Shown: positions 9,989 through 19,215 of the stretch, piece by piece
Layout of the letters: every line of letters starts with the position of its first letter
Numbering within the stretch: position 1 is the stretch's first letter
Source: a virus
Virus record (IMG/VR): IMGVR_UViG_3300029305_002985
Span: 4,092 to 68,091 of that record
Reading direction: 5' to 3' (one strand)
DNA: 64,000 nucleotides
Notes under the pieces: generated by a model
Seen by the model: the letters and a program-made list of their open reading frames with translations, nothing else
What the model was told of the DNA's origin: nothing
Databases searched by the model: none
Program-made: the position numbers and the translations under genes

Positions 9989-10957
9989 TTAGAATGTGAA
10001 GTTGCCAACCTTAGCTTTTGCAGCAGCAGGTGCGGGAGTTGCTGCGGCGGGAGTTGCCTTGGTTGCCGCATACTCTTCACGACGCTTTCTCATTTCAGCG
10101 AGCATAACCTCACGGTCGCCCTTAGCCTTAACGATCTCTTCGCCGGTCATTACCTCAGGATCGCCAAAGTCATATGCTTCCTTGGCGGTACCAGTGATGA
10201 TCCATTCGCGCTGTCTCTTCTCGAAAGTGCGGACAGAAGACTCGCCAAACGCAGACTCTTCAACAGACTCTGTGATAGTTGTTGTGCAATTGATCTTACC
10301 CCAAACTTTGGTGTAGATAGGACCTTCCTCAAGATCAAGGCTCTCGAAATAGCTCATACCCTGAGGATTGCGAACTACGAGATCAAGAGGAAGGATCTCG
10401 TTGCGGAAGTTGAATACAACGCCGCGAACATTGGTATAATCCTCAGTACCTTTCTCTTCATCGCCCTCTTTGTGAGTAATTGCGGAAATCAACATATCAA
10501 CCTTGAAAGAGCTACGCTCATTCTCTGCGGGAAGCTCATTTACGAAAGAAATGAAGCTACCCTCATTAACCTTTGTAGAAACAAGACGATCCTCATTGTT
10601 CTCAGTTACATAGAACTCGTTAAGACCAAGAGAACCATCAATCTTAACTTTATCTGCGGCATCCTTACCATCAGTGAGCCAAGTCTTAGGAGCATCGATC
10701 AGTCTCTTAAGAGCTGCGAAGTTAGGATTAGCCTTACCAGACTTGCTATAAACAGCAGTCACATAGGTGAAGTTTACGGGAATAACATTCAGACCCATTT
10801 CGTCGATTGCGACATTCACAACACCAGAGATAAACTCAGTGCCGGGGTTCTTAGAATTAGGGCCAGAGACCTTAAGCTCAAGCTTGTTGCGGCCATTGGG
10901 ATCGCCGAAAGAGTGAACATAACCAGATACAGTAATAGTGTTTAAATTCTTACGCAT
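9989..10957 (-). CDS. hypothetical protein with Ala/Pro-rich C-terminal tail
   Basis: 322-aa ORF. Confidence 0.55.
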   Translation of the reverse strand: MRKNLNTITVSGYVHSFGDPNGRNKLELKVSGPNSKNPGTEFISGVVNVAIDEMGLNVIPVNFTYVTAVYSKSGKANPNFAALKRLIDAPKTWLTDGKDAADKVKIDGSLGLNEFYVTENNEDRLVSTKVNEGSFISFVNELPAENERSSFKVDMLISAITHKEGDEEKGTEDYTNVRGVVFNFRNEILPLDLVVRNPQGMSYFESLDLEEGPIYTKVWGKINCTTTITESVEESAFGESSVRTFEKRQREWIITGTAKEAYDFGDPEVMTGEEIVKAKGDREVMLAEMRKRREEYAATKATPAAATPAPAAAKAKVGNFTF

Positions 10958-11015
10958 AACATTTTCTCCTTAATTCATTAAAATTTCGTTTTTACTTTTT
11001 TAATCCGATACTTAT

Positions 11016-11044
11016 ATTATAATTAAAATTTTTAGTAATGTCAA
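11016..11044 (-). promoter_or_regulatory. promoter (TTGACA/17/TATAAT on minus strand)
   Basis: consensus -35 and -10 with 17-bp spacer. Confidence 0.6.
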
Positions 11045-11421
11045 TCTGTTTCTTCTTTAGACTCAGGGAAGACTACGGAGCAGGTTTTGCCTACCTCGGT
11101 CAAAGAATAACAAATCGGACTACCATCAATTTTTTCAACATATCCATCAGTAATGAGCTTGCGGATAGAGCCGGAAACTGCGCGGGAAGTGATGAACATT
11201 CCTTCACCAATCTCCTTTGCCTTCATTACATTATTATAGTGCTGATAATTGTTCTGCATCCAGACGAGGATCTCCGCGCCTTTCTGCGTAAATGCGGGCT
11301 TCTCTTTTACTTCAGTTGCTTTAAGCGCTTCAAAGTAATCGACCGCCGCCTGGGGAATTGCATTTGTGGAATGGCTGAAAAGCGCCTCTACGGTTTCAAT
11401 AAAAATTTCTCTGTTGGTCAT
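11041..11421 (-). CDS. hypothetical protein
   Basis: 126-aa ORF. Confidence 0.5.
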   Translation of the reverse strand: MTNREIFIETVEALFSHSTNAIPQAAVDYFEALKATEVKEKPAFTQKGAEILVWMQNNYQHYNNVMKAKEIGEGMFITSRAVSGSIRKLITDGYVEKIDGSPICYSLTEVGKTCSVVFPESKEETD

Positions 11422-11459
11422 TTAATAATTACTCTCCTTTTGTTTTTTCTGATATAATA

Positions 11460-11488
11460 ATTATAATTTATTTTTAATAAAAAATCAA
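11460..11488 (-). promoter_or_regulatory. conserved phage promoter module
   Basis: attata-17-aatcaa. Confidence 0.6.
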
Positions 11489-11498
11489 TTAAAATGGT

Positions 11499-12326
11499 TT
11501 AATCTATAATGAACTCTTGTGCATAAGGGAGGGACTTGACCCATTCGCAAAAGCTATGCCATTCAGTGAGTTTATGATTTTTGCGCTGATGGTACATACT
11601 GCGAAGGTTTTCGTAGTTCATCGTTACAGTGCGGGTTTGAAGCCAACCATTGGGGAGCCAACGGACAAGCTCTTTCCAGTAGCGTTTGTCTTTTGTTTCG
11701 TTGTATTTAACACGAAGACTTTCAAGCATATCTAATAATCCATCTGCGCAAGAAATAAAATCATGCAAGGGATATTCCATAGGTGATGGATTATTAAAGA
11801 TATCTACCATATCATCATAGTCGTCGGTCTCAAAGCAATCAAGCGTAATTGGCGTAGAAGCCAACTTGTGCATCGTGCTTGTGCTATTTGCAGTAGTGCC
11901 TACCTTATAGGTGTCAAACTCTTTCCACCAATATAGCGGTGCAGTAATATCAACAGATACCATAATTTGGCGCAGGAACTTACGATGCGAAGGATCTCCT
12001 GCATGAATCAGACGCAGAGCCAGATCCATATCGTTGGGTCCGATGATATTGTTTTCTGCAGCATGCTCGCCCCATTGTGTGCAACGAGTTGACATATCAT
12101 AAAGATAGTCGCTTTGCTTGTGATATTCTTCCTCATAATCTCCATCAACCAGGTTCGCTAAATACTTTTCAGTAATCTGATGAATGGTTTCAGCCTTCCA
12201 CTCTTCATCCATGCCATCTGCCCAAATATTAAAGCAGCTATCTGCTTTGCTCCACGAGGCAAGAGCATTGCGCATACCACGGAGGGCCCCCTCAAAATTC
12301 ATTACTCTTGTGTGTTCAAATTTCAT
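11499..12326 (-). CDS. hypothetical protein
   Basis: 275-aa ORF. Confidence 0.55.
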   Translation of the reverse strand: MKFEHTRVMNFEGALRGMRNALASWSKADSCFNIWADGMDEEWKAETIHQITEKYLANLVDGDYEEEYHKQSDYLYDMSTRCTQWGEHAAENNIIGPNDMDLALRLIHAGDPSHRKFLRQIMVSVDITAPLYWWKEFDTYKVGTTANSTSTMHKLASTPITLDCFETDDYDDMVDIFNNPSPMEYPLHDFISCADGLLDMLESLRVKYNETKDKRYWKELVRWLPNGWLQTRTVTMNYENLRSMYHQRKNHKLTEWHSFCEWVKSLPYAQEFIID

Positions 12327-12327
12327 T

Positions 12328-13563
12328 TTACTTATTTCCTTTCGTTTTATTCAGTCCAAAATCTTTAGTCTGATACATATCAATATATGTTCTTTCTTTC
12401 TCATTTAAATCTGCGGCCGAGCATACTTCTAACACTTCAAAGGTAAAGTTCTCAATACCTTTTTCTCTTGTGAAAGCATAAAGCTGGCTGGTAACGGGCG
12501 TATCAATGCCAAGAGAACATTTGATATGCTCAATCCAACGATCTTTGATATTGCGGGCTTGGCCTACATAGGAAAGACCTGAGTCGATATGTGTAATTTT
12601 ATAGATGCCACACGCGCCAACTGCGCCCGCGCGATTAGCAAGATCATTTGCTCTATCGCGGTAGAAAGTAGACCAGATAAGCATACGCAAAGGTCTCGGC
12701 TCACGTAAATTATGCTCAATACTACGCAGATACGATATATCGGTTTTATCCGCTTCGCTAATCTGTAATGTGTAATATGTAGCATTTTCTTTGATTTGTT
12801 GTTCGCGGAGCTGCGCTTCTAATGCGGCAGCCTTGGTTGCACGGATTTTATCTAACTCTGCACGAGTTGCAGCTAGCTCTTTCTCTAAGTCTGTCTGTAA
12901 TGTAGCATATACCTCGGTCAGCCGCTTGGTAAGAGCTTCATGCTCTTTAATAATATCTTCTTTAGACGCGGCAAGCAGATCCTGTTGCTCTGCATAAACA
13001 GATTGAAGTTTCTTTTCTAGTTCATCATATTCTCGCTCTAGATTTTGCTCTTCTAGCTCGAGATTGTCTGCGTATTGCTCAAAGGCGTTACGCAGTATTT
13101 CCTTCTCTGACTCTTGCTTTTCGGCAATGGCAAGGTTGAGTTCGTTAAGGCGAGCAGTTGCCGCTTTTTGTTGACGCGCGACGGTTTCTTCAGTTTCCTT
13201 GAGTCGGATCATTGCATCATCTTGTTGTCGATTAATAACTTCAAGTTTTGCCTATTCACGCTCAAAAACTACTATTTGTTGATGACGGCTGTCTTTGAGT
13301 TTTTCTATTGCATCATTTAATTCATTTTCTGTAATTTGTTTAATTTGTATAGTTTTTTCTAATTGTGCGCTTTCTTGCAAAATTTTTGCTTGATTTTGAA
13401 GTAATTCAGAATTTCGTCTGTGAATTCCTTCTTGTTCTTGTAAAAGTTGCGCGTTCTAACGCTCGATCTCTGTGTCTAGTTGCTTTCTCTTGTGCCAGAT
13501 AAAGGCGGCAAAACCTAGACTGCCGCACGCCGCCAAGACACATAAAATACATACTATAATCAT
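12328..13563 (-). CDS. membrane-anchored coiled-coil protein with C-terminal GIY-YIG nuclease domain; two in-frame TAG codons (13252-13254, 13456-13458)
   Basis: N-terminal TM helix MIIVCILCVLAACGSLGFAAFIW, ~300 aa of heptad coiled coil continuous across both TAGs, C-terminal GIYKITHIDSGLSYVGQARNIKDRWIEH; ORF track truncates it at 13212. Confidence 0.65.
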
Positions 13564-13769
13564 TCGAGTTCCGCCATCATTTCTTTAAGAAGTTGTTTGA
13601 TACCATCAGCAGTCTCTCCATTTGGGAAGATACGAGTATAGTCTTCTTGATCCATTGCAATAGCCATACCATACCAACTATGGTCCTCTCCTAAATCAGG
13701 CAAATCTGGTATCTCATGAGGAAGGCTATCTGGGGTAATACCAATATATATATTTACTTCATATGTCAT
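13560..13769 (-). CDS. hypothetical protein
   Basis: 69-aa ORF. Confidence 0.45.
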   Translation of the reverse strand: MTYEVNIYIGITPDSLPHEIPDLPDLGEDHSWYGMAIAMDQEDYTRIFPNGETADGIKQLLKEMMAELE

Positions 13770-13787
13770 AACTATCTCCTTATAAAA

Positions 13788-13816
13788 AGAGGCTCGCTTT
13801 AATGTTGCGAGCCTCT
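13788..13816 (-). terminator. rho-independent terminator hairpin
   Basis: agaggctcgc-tttaatgtt-gcgagcctct followed by T-run on minus strand. Confidence 0.6.
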
Positions 13817-13835
13817 ACTAGTTGTTATGCGCTTA

Positions 13836-14081
13836 TTACTCAGCGTCGGGATTGAAAGCACGGCCTTCGTCAGTGAGGCGAACATACTTAACAGTGCCAC
13901 CAGTGATAGCAACTTCCTCGCGAGCCATGAGGCCCTTGCGCTGGAATGCGGAGGTAACAATGCCGTTTACCTGCTTGTCAGTAAGACCAGTTGCAGCAGC
14001 AATGTCCTTTGCAGTGAAGTCCTGGCCATCGTGAGCAACAACCCAATCATAAACGATTCTTGAATTTTCTTTGAGTGCCAT
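13836..14081 (-). CDS. small DNA-binding-like protein
   Basis: 81-aa ORF, HTH-like. Confidence 0.5.
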   Translation of the reverse strand: MALKENSRIVYDWVVAHDGQDFTAKDIAAATGLTDKQVNGIVTSAFQRKGLMAREEVAITGGTVKYVRLTDEGRAFNPDAE

Positions 14082-14148
14082 AATAAAATCTCCTTTAATA
14101 TAAATGAATTTTGTATCCGATGGCGCGTACCATCTTTCTTACATCTAT

Positions 14149-14177
14149 ATTATATTAAAAATTTTATTTAATGTCAA
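14149..14177 (-). promoter_or_regulatory. promoter (TTGACA/17/TATAAT)
   Basis: consensus hexamers on minus strand. Confidence 0.6.
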
Positions 14178-14377
14178 AGAAGTTCATTTGAGGCTATATA
14201 GTCTTCAAGCGCCATCATTTCTACCAGAGTTAATTTACTCACTAACTCCTCGATACGCGCTTCTGCGGCTTCTTTATTTTCGCCGCGTTTGATCTACTTC
14301 TCTAATGCTACGATTTCTTTTGCAATAGGCGCTAGGGTCTTCTTCATTGCGCGTCTATCTTCTCTATTCATTGCCAT
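14174..14377 (-). CDS. small hypothetical protein with one in-frame TAG (14294-14296)
   Basis: MAMNREDRRAMKKTLAPIAKEIVALEK[TAG]IKRGENKEAAEARIEELVSKLTLVEMMALEDYIASNELL; otherwise ORF-free gap. Confidence 0.35.
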
Positions 14378-16377
14378 AGTGCGAATAACTCCTCTTCTGT
14401 AATAATCTTTACGCCCAATGATTGAGCAGTTTTGTTCTTTGCGGAAGTGCTAGTTGAATCGTTATTAATTAAATAACTAGTTTTAGACGACACTGAGCCG
14501 ACTACTTTTCCACCACGAGCTTCGATTTCCGCCTTCAGTAAGTCGCGGTTTTTATAGTTTTTGAGTTTACCTGTGATTACAAATGTGAGCCCTTCAAGCG
14601 GATTACCATTTTTTACCAGTTCGCTCTCTCTATCTTTAATTTCAACATACTTCATATCAAACATACGATCTGCTTCATAATAGTCAAAATCAATCAAAGC
14701 AGTTTCTTTTTCAGCGCCAAACCCTTCAACAGTCTTAATATCAAAACTGAAAGGATCCTTTACCCAACATCTGAACGAAGCATAGTCTTTAAAGATCTCG
14801 ACTAGCTTCTTCGCATAGGTTTTACCAATCAACGGGATACCAAGCGCCGCGATATAGTCCTCTAAATAACAGTGTCTTGCTTCTTCAATAGAGTCAAGAA
14901 TACGCTGCACACTCTTCTCACCAAAACCAGGCTTCGCAATCCACTCTTTGAAACGCTCTTGTAGTTTAAACAGATCGCGCGGGCCCTTAACCCATTCCCA
15001 CTCGATCAGCTTAGAAAGCGTTGCTTTAGACAAATGCTTAATATCCAAGCCCTTTTTACCACAGAAATGATCAAGTCTATTGATAAGTTTTCCGGGACAG
15101 TACTCGTAACCACAAACCAGTTCAATCGTTCCGGAATCTGAAGTCATAATGTCAGTGGGTTCGCCGCAAATAGGGCAAGTCTTAGGCGGGGTAAGGAAAC
15201 ATACATTAGGATCTTTAAGAAAATATGCGGGATCACATCCAAATATCTCGTCTGCGCATTGTGCCTTAGAAATTTGAGGAATGATCTGATTTGCTTTATA
15301 TACCCAGATCTTTTGACCTTTAACTACCCAAGGGCCGTTGAACAAAGTCTGCATTGTATTTAGATTGTGCATACTTGCTCTCGATACCTCTGCGCCGTCG
15401 ATATTAATAGCGTCAAAGATAGCCACAGGAGTTAAAACTCCAGTTCTGCCCATAGACCACTCAATATCCTGCAAAGTGGTTTCATATTCATCGTCATAGA
15501 ACTTATATGCCAATCCGCCGCGGAAGTGGTGATCAGTTCTGCCTGCAGCCTCATATTCCGCGCAGTTGTCCCATTTAAAGACAATACCATCAATAGGATA
15601 TCCTTCATTTCGAGCGATAGTTTGTAGGCTACCGATCATATCTTCAATACTCTCATAATCATCATGCTCAAAGAACGGAACAACTTTGAAATTATGCTTA
15701 TACAGCCATAAGAGCTTATCGCTCAAAAAGTCAATATCATTTACAACTGTGCGGCAGTCCCAGGCGACGAAAGTTAGGCCTCGCCATGAGCATTCCTGAC
15801 TATTCAAAAGACGAATACTACCTGCCGCAAAGTTACGAGGATTTGCGTAGTCTTTGCTATATTTTTCAAATGTCTGTGTATCGCAAATAACTTCACCATC
15901 TACTTGCAGGAAGCCGGCATAGTTAATCTTTTTGGGAATACTTGGCATAATTATAGCATTATGAGTAACATCTTCTCCTTCAAAGCCATCGCCGCGAGTC
16001 TCTGCTTGGATTAGGCGGCCACCGTCATAAGTAAGGCGACAAGTAAGACCGTCCAACTTCAACATTGCAAGCCAATGTTTGTTATGAACGAAATCAACTA
16101 CATCCTCAATATCTTTTGTTTTATCAAGTGAAAGCATAGGCAGACCTTTGTGCTGAACCTTAATAAGCTCCGGCATTATATTATGAGTAATATGCTGAGT
16201 AGGAGAGTCCTCAAGAATAAGATTTGGATAATTGTGTTCAAGCTCAACCAGCTCAAAATACTTATCATCCCATTGCTTATCAGTCCACACCGGAACCCCG
16301 CGGTCATATGCTATTGTATTTTCATTTAATTCTTTTACAAGTTGTTTCATTCGAGATAAAGCGTCAAATTTTTCCAT
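14368..16377 (-). CDS. ligA: NAD-dependent DNA ligase
   Basis: adenylation motif KLDG, OB/zinc/HhH region, C-terminal BRCT. Confidence 0.9.
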   Translation of the reverse strand: MEKFDALSRMKQLVKELNENTIAYDRGVPVWTDKQWDDKYFELVELEHNYPNLILEDSPTQHITHNIMPELIKVQHKGLPMLSLDKTKDIEDVVDFVHNKHWLAMLKLDGLTCRLTYDGGRLIQAETRGDGFEGEDVTHNAIIMPSIPKKINYAGFLQVDGEVICDTQTFEKYSKDYANPRNFAAGSIRLLNSQECSWRGLTFVAWDCRTVVNDIDFLSDKLLWLYKHNFKVVPFFEHDDYESIEDMIGSLQTIARNEGYPIDGIVFKWDNCAEYEAAGRTDHHFRGGLAYKFYDDEYETTLQDIEWSMGRTGVLTPVAIFDAINIDGAEVSRASMHNLNTMQTLFNGPWVVKGQKIWVYKANQIIPQISKAQCADEIFGCDPAYFLKDPNVCFLTPPKTCPICGEPTDIMTSDSGTIELVCGYEYCPGKLINRLDHFCGKKGLDIKHLSKATLSKLIEWEWVKGPRDLFKLQERFKEWIAKPGFGEKSVQRILDSIEEARHCYLEDYIAALGIPLIGKTYAKKLVEIFKDYASFRCWVKDPFSFDIKTVEGFGAEKETALIDFDYYEADRMFDMKYVEIKDRESELVKNGNPLEGLTFVITGKLKNYKNRDLLKAEIEARGGKVVGSVSSKTSYLINNDSTSTSAKNKTAQSLGVKIITEEELFALWQ

Positions 16378-16411
16378 TTTATTATCTCCTTATAATTCTT
16401 TTTATATAATA

Positions 16412-16440
16412 ATTATAACATATTTTTTAATAAAAATCAA
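16412..16440 (-). promoter_or_regulatory. conserved phage promoter module
   Basis: attata-17-aatcaa. Confidence 0.65.
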
Positions 16441-16442
16441 AA

Positions 16443-16461
16443 GGAGAGCATAGAGCTCTCC
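16443..16461 (-). terminator. terminator hairpin fused to -35 of next promoter
   Basis: ggagagc-ataga-gctctcc then TTTTGATTTTT on minus strand. Confidence 0.55.
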
Positions 16462-16468
16462 CCTTGAG

Positions 16469-16876
16469 TTAGTGCTTTGCGCCACCTAGCTTATCTGCCC
16501 ATGCCTCTGTATAGAACCAATAGTAAGATTTGTTATGCTTTTCTCTCCAACTATCGAAGAAGCCTGCCCAAATCAGAGAGGGGATACCGATAACAAAGAG
16601 ATAAAGTGGACCTAAATAAGCACTCTGAACGCTATGCCCATATTCGTGCTTAATATAGTTTTGTTGCCATTCGGTTTCTTTTTCAGGGTCATAATAGAGG
16701 AATCCAGCCTGCGGAAGGAAGATGTGACTACCAAGCGACATACCGCCGCCATTCTTCCAACGATAGAGCTTTACTCCTTGATATTCTCCGATCAGTTGAC
16801 CGGAGAATATCCAGATAACTACTAGTGCAACGAGGTTCTAAAGCAACTCCCAAGTCCAGTTTTTGGCTTGTTTCAT
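16469..16876 (-). CDS. membrane protein with one in-frame TAG (16838-16840)
   Basis: ATG overlaps gyrA stop (ATGA); MKQAKNWTWELL[TAG]NLVALVVIWIFSG... continuous with annotated 16469-16741 ORF. Confidence 0.55.
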
Positions 16877-19215
16877 AACTTAATCACTTTCTGCACTATG
16901 CTGTTTTTTATCATTTGGTTACCGAGAGAGGCGCGGCCAAGCTTAGGAATTTCAGTTGCAGAAAAGCAGATTGAGTTTGGTTTACCAACGAGAAGAATAT
17001 TATCTTCATCGCTGATAAGAGCAGCGCCAACTACAGGAACTGCGCCATTACCAACCTTTAATCCCTTGCCGCCACGGCCTTGAGTCGGGAACTCACGGAG
17101 CTCGGTCTTTTTTGCAAGACCATTTTCAAAGAATACTGCAAGACAGTCAGTATCATGCTTAATAGGCAATCCCTTAAGCACGCTGTCGCCTTCTACAAGT
17201 TTAATTGCCTTAACACCTGCGGCAACGCGTCCGATCGCTGCAATACCCTTAGACTCGAAGCGAATTGTCATGCCGCCGGTTGTAAGCACGATAAATTCTT
17301 CTTCGTCTGCGAAAGTCACATTTGCAAGACTATCGCCTTCTTTGATATTAAGAGCGATAATGCCAGTGCTCTTCTTGGTGTTGCAGTATTCCTCAAGATG
17401 AGTTTTCTTAATCAAACCATTCTTTGTAAAGAAGAATACATACTTTGGTTTACTCTTGCGGAAGAGAGATGTGATTGCGATAACCTTTTCATCATCTTCC
17501 ATCTTAATCAACGAAGCAATGCGCACGCCCTTAGAAGCATTAGTTCCTGCTGGGACTGCATCTACCAAGAGTCGATACATCTTACCTTTTGTAGTAAATG
17601 CCATCAAAGTGTCAACTGTATTTGTAGCAATTACATCAAGCACTGCCTCATCTTCAGTTTTAATGCCCTTACCATTGCGACGTTGCACCTTAAATGCTGC
17701 GGCAGGCACTCGCTTAATGTCGCCATTTTGAGTCATAATGATTACGCACTCTTCAGGCACTACGAGTTCTACTGCTTTCTCTTCTTTAGGCACCTCGATC
17801 TGCGCAAGTTCTGTGCGGCGAGCGTCTCCATATTTCTTTACAATAGCAGACAATCTATCGCGCAGAATATTATACTGGCGATCTTGGCTACTCAAGATAT
17901 CGTTAAGATTTTCAATAGTCGCCTTAAGCTCGGCTGACTCTTGCTGAAGCTCAACTTTTTCCAAACCTGCTAACTTACCAAGCTTCATATCAACAATGGC
18001 TTTTGCCTGTGCCTCAGAGAAGCCATAGGTTTTGATCAGCGCATCTTTAGCGGTTGCCGCACTTGTAGATTTCTTAATTAATGCGATGATATTGTCAATA
18101 TCTTCAAGCGCACGAAGCAAACCATCTACGATATGATCACGTTCAGCCGCCTTCTTAAGATCGAAATCAACTTCATTTTTAATGCAATTTACATTGTGAT
18201 TGACATAAATCTCAATGCACTGCTTAAGATTTAATTCAACTGGTGTCTTATCTACAAGAGCCACTTGGTTATATGAGAACGAGGTTTGAAGGCTACTCTT
18301 TGCAAATAGATGTCTTACAACAGCATCGGGATTTGCAGTTTTATCACACTCAATGACAATACGCATACCCTTCTTATTACTTTCATCGCGAAGATTGCTA
18401 ATGCCTTCAATTTCTTTCTTATCAGATAACTCGCCAAGCTCTGCAAGAAGCGCTTCAGTTTCTACTCCGTAAGGGATCTCGTAGAATATGATATTTTGTT
18501 TTTCAATTTTATATTTGCCACGAAGTTTTACACTACCACGACCTGTAGCCATAATCTTCGGAATATCCTCTTTATTAATGACGATACCACCCGTGGGGAA
18601 GTCAGGTCCAGGAAGCATAGGCTCGCCGCCTTCCATATAAGTGAAGATTGCGTCAGCCACTTCGCACAAATTATGCGGCGCCCAGTTACATGCCATAGCC
18701 ACGCCAATACCTGTATTAGGATTACATAACAGGTTCGGGAATACTGCGGGAAGCGTTACTGGTTCTTCATCAGAGTCGTCATAGGTCGGCATAAACGGAA
18801 CATTACGCTTTTTCAAGCCTGCAAGTAATCCATCTTCAGCCAGCTTATCTAAACGAGCCTCGGTATAACGCTGATGCGCAGGGCCATCGCCGCCGATATT
18901 GCCCATGTTGCCGTGGAAGTCAATCAGCGGATAGCGCAATACCCAAGGCTGCGCCAAACGAACCAGCGCGCCGTAGATTGAGCTATCTCCATGAGGGTGA
19001 TAAGAACCCATTACATCACCGACAATTTTTGCACATTTTACATGAGGCTTAGAGGAAGCGCGGCCGCCTGCAAATGCTCCATAGATAATTCTACGCGCAA
19101 CAGGCTTAAGACCACAAGTGGCGTCAGGAATAGCACGGTCAGTATTAACCGCAACCGCATATTCAATAAAGTTTGTGCCTAGCTCTTGGACTAGATCAAT
19201 TTGCTTATACTCCAT
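16873..19215 (-). CDS. gyrA: type IIA topoisomerase subunit A (GyrA/ParC-like)
   Basis: AIPDATCGLKPVARRIIY...YHPHGDSSIY...QRYTEARL catalytic Tyr region, C-terminal beta-pinwheel repeats. Confidence 0.9.
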   Translation of the reverse strand: MEYKQIDLVQELGTNFIEYAVAVNTDRAIPDATCGLKPVARRIIYGAFAGGRASSKPHVKCAKIVGDVMGSYHPHGDSSIYGALVRLAQPWVLRYPLIDFHGNMGNIGGDGPAHQRYTEARLDKLAEDGLLAGLKKRNVPFMPTYDDSDEEPVTLPAVFPNLLCNPNTGIGVAMACNWAPHNLCEVADAIFTYMEGGEPMLPGPDFPTGGIVINKEDIPKIMATGRGSVKLRGKYKIEKQNIIFYEIPYGVETEALLAELGELSDKKEIEGISNLRDESNKKGMRIVIECDKTANPDAVVRHLFAKSSLQTSFSYNQVALVDKTPVELNLKQCIEIYVNHNVNCIKNEVDFDLKKAAERDHIVDGLLRALEDIDNIIALIKKSTSAATAKDALIKTYGFSEAQAKAIVDMKLGKLAGLEKVELQQESAELKATIENLNDILSSQDRQYNILRDRLSAIVKKYGDARRTELAQIEVPKEEKAVELVVPEECVIIMTQNGDIKRVPAAAFKVQRRNGKGIKTEDEAVLDVIATNTVDTLMAFTTKGKMYRLLVDAVPAGTNASKGVRIASLIKMEDDEKVIAITSLFRKSKPKYVFFFTKNGLIKKTHLEEYCNTKKSTGIIALNIKEGDSLANVTFADEEEFIVLTTGGMTIRFESKGIAAIGRVAAGVKAIKLVEGDSVLKGLPIKHDTDCLAVFFENGLAKKTELREFPTQGRGGKGLKVGNGAVPVVGAALISDEDNILLVGKPNSICFSATEIPKLGRASLGNQMIKNSIVQKVIKL

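Noticed and set aside
11499-12326. Possible ThyX (flavin-dependent thymidylate synthase)
   Set aside because: The size fits, but the diagnostic RHRx7S motif is not present.
17080-17937. 285-aa plus-strand ORF
   Set aside because: Lies within and antisense to gyrA.
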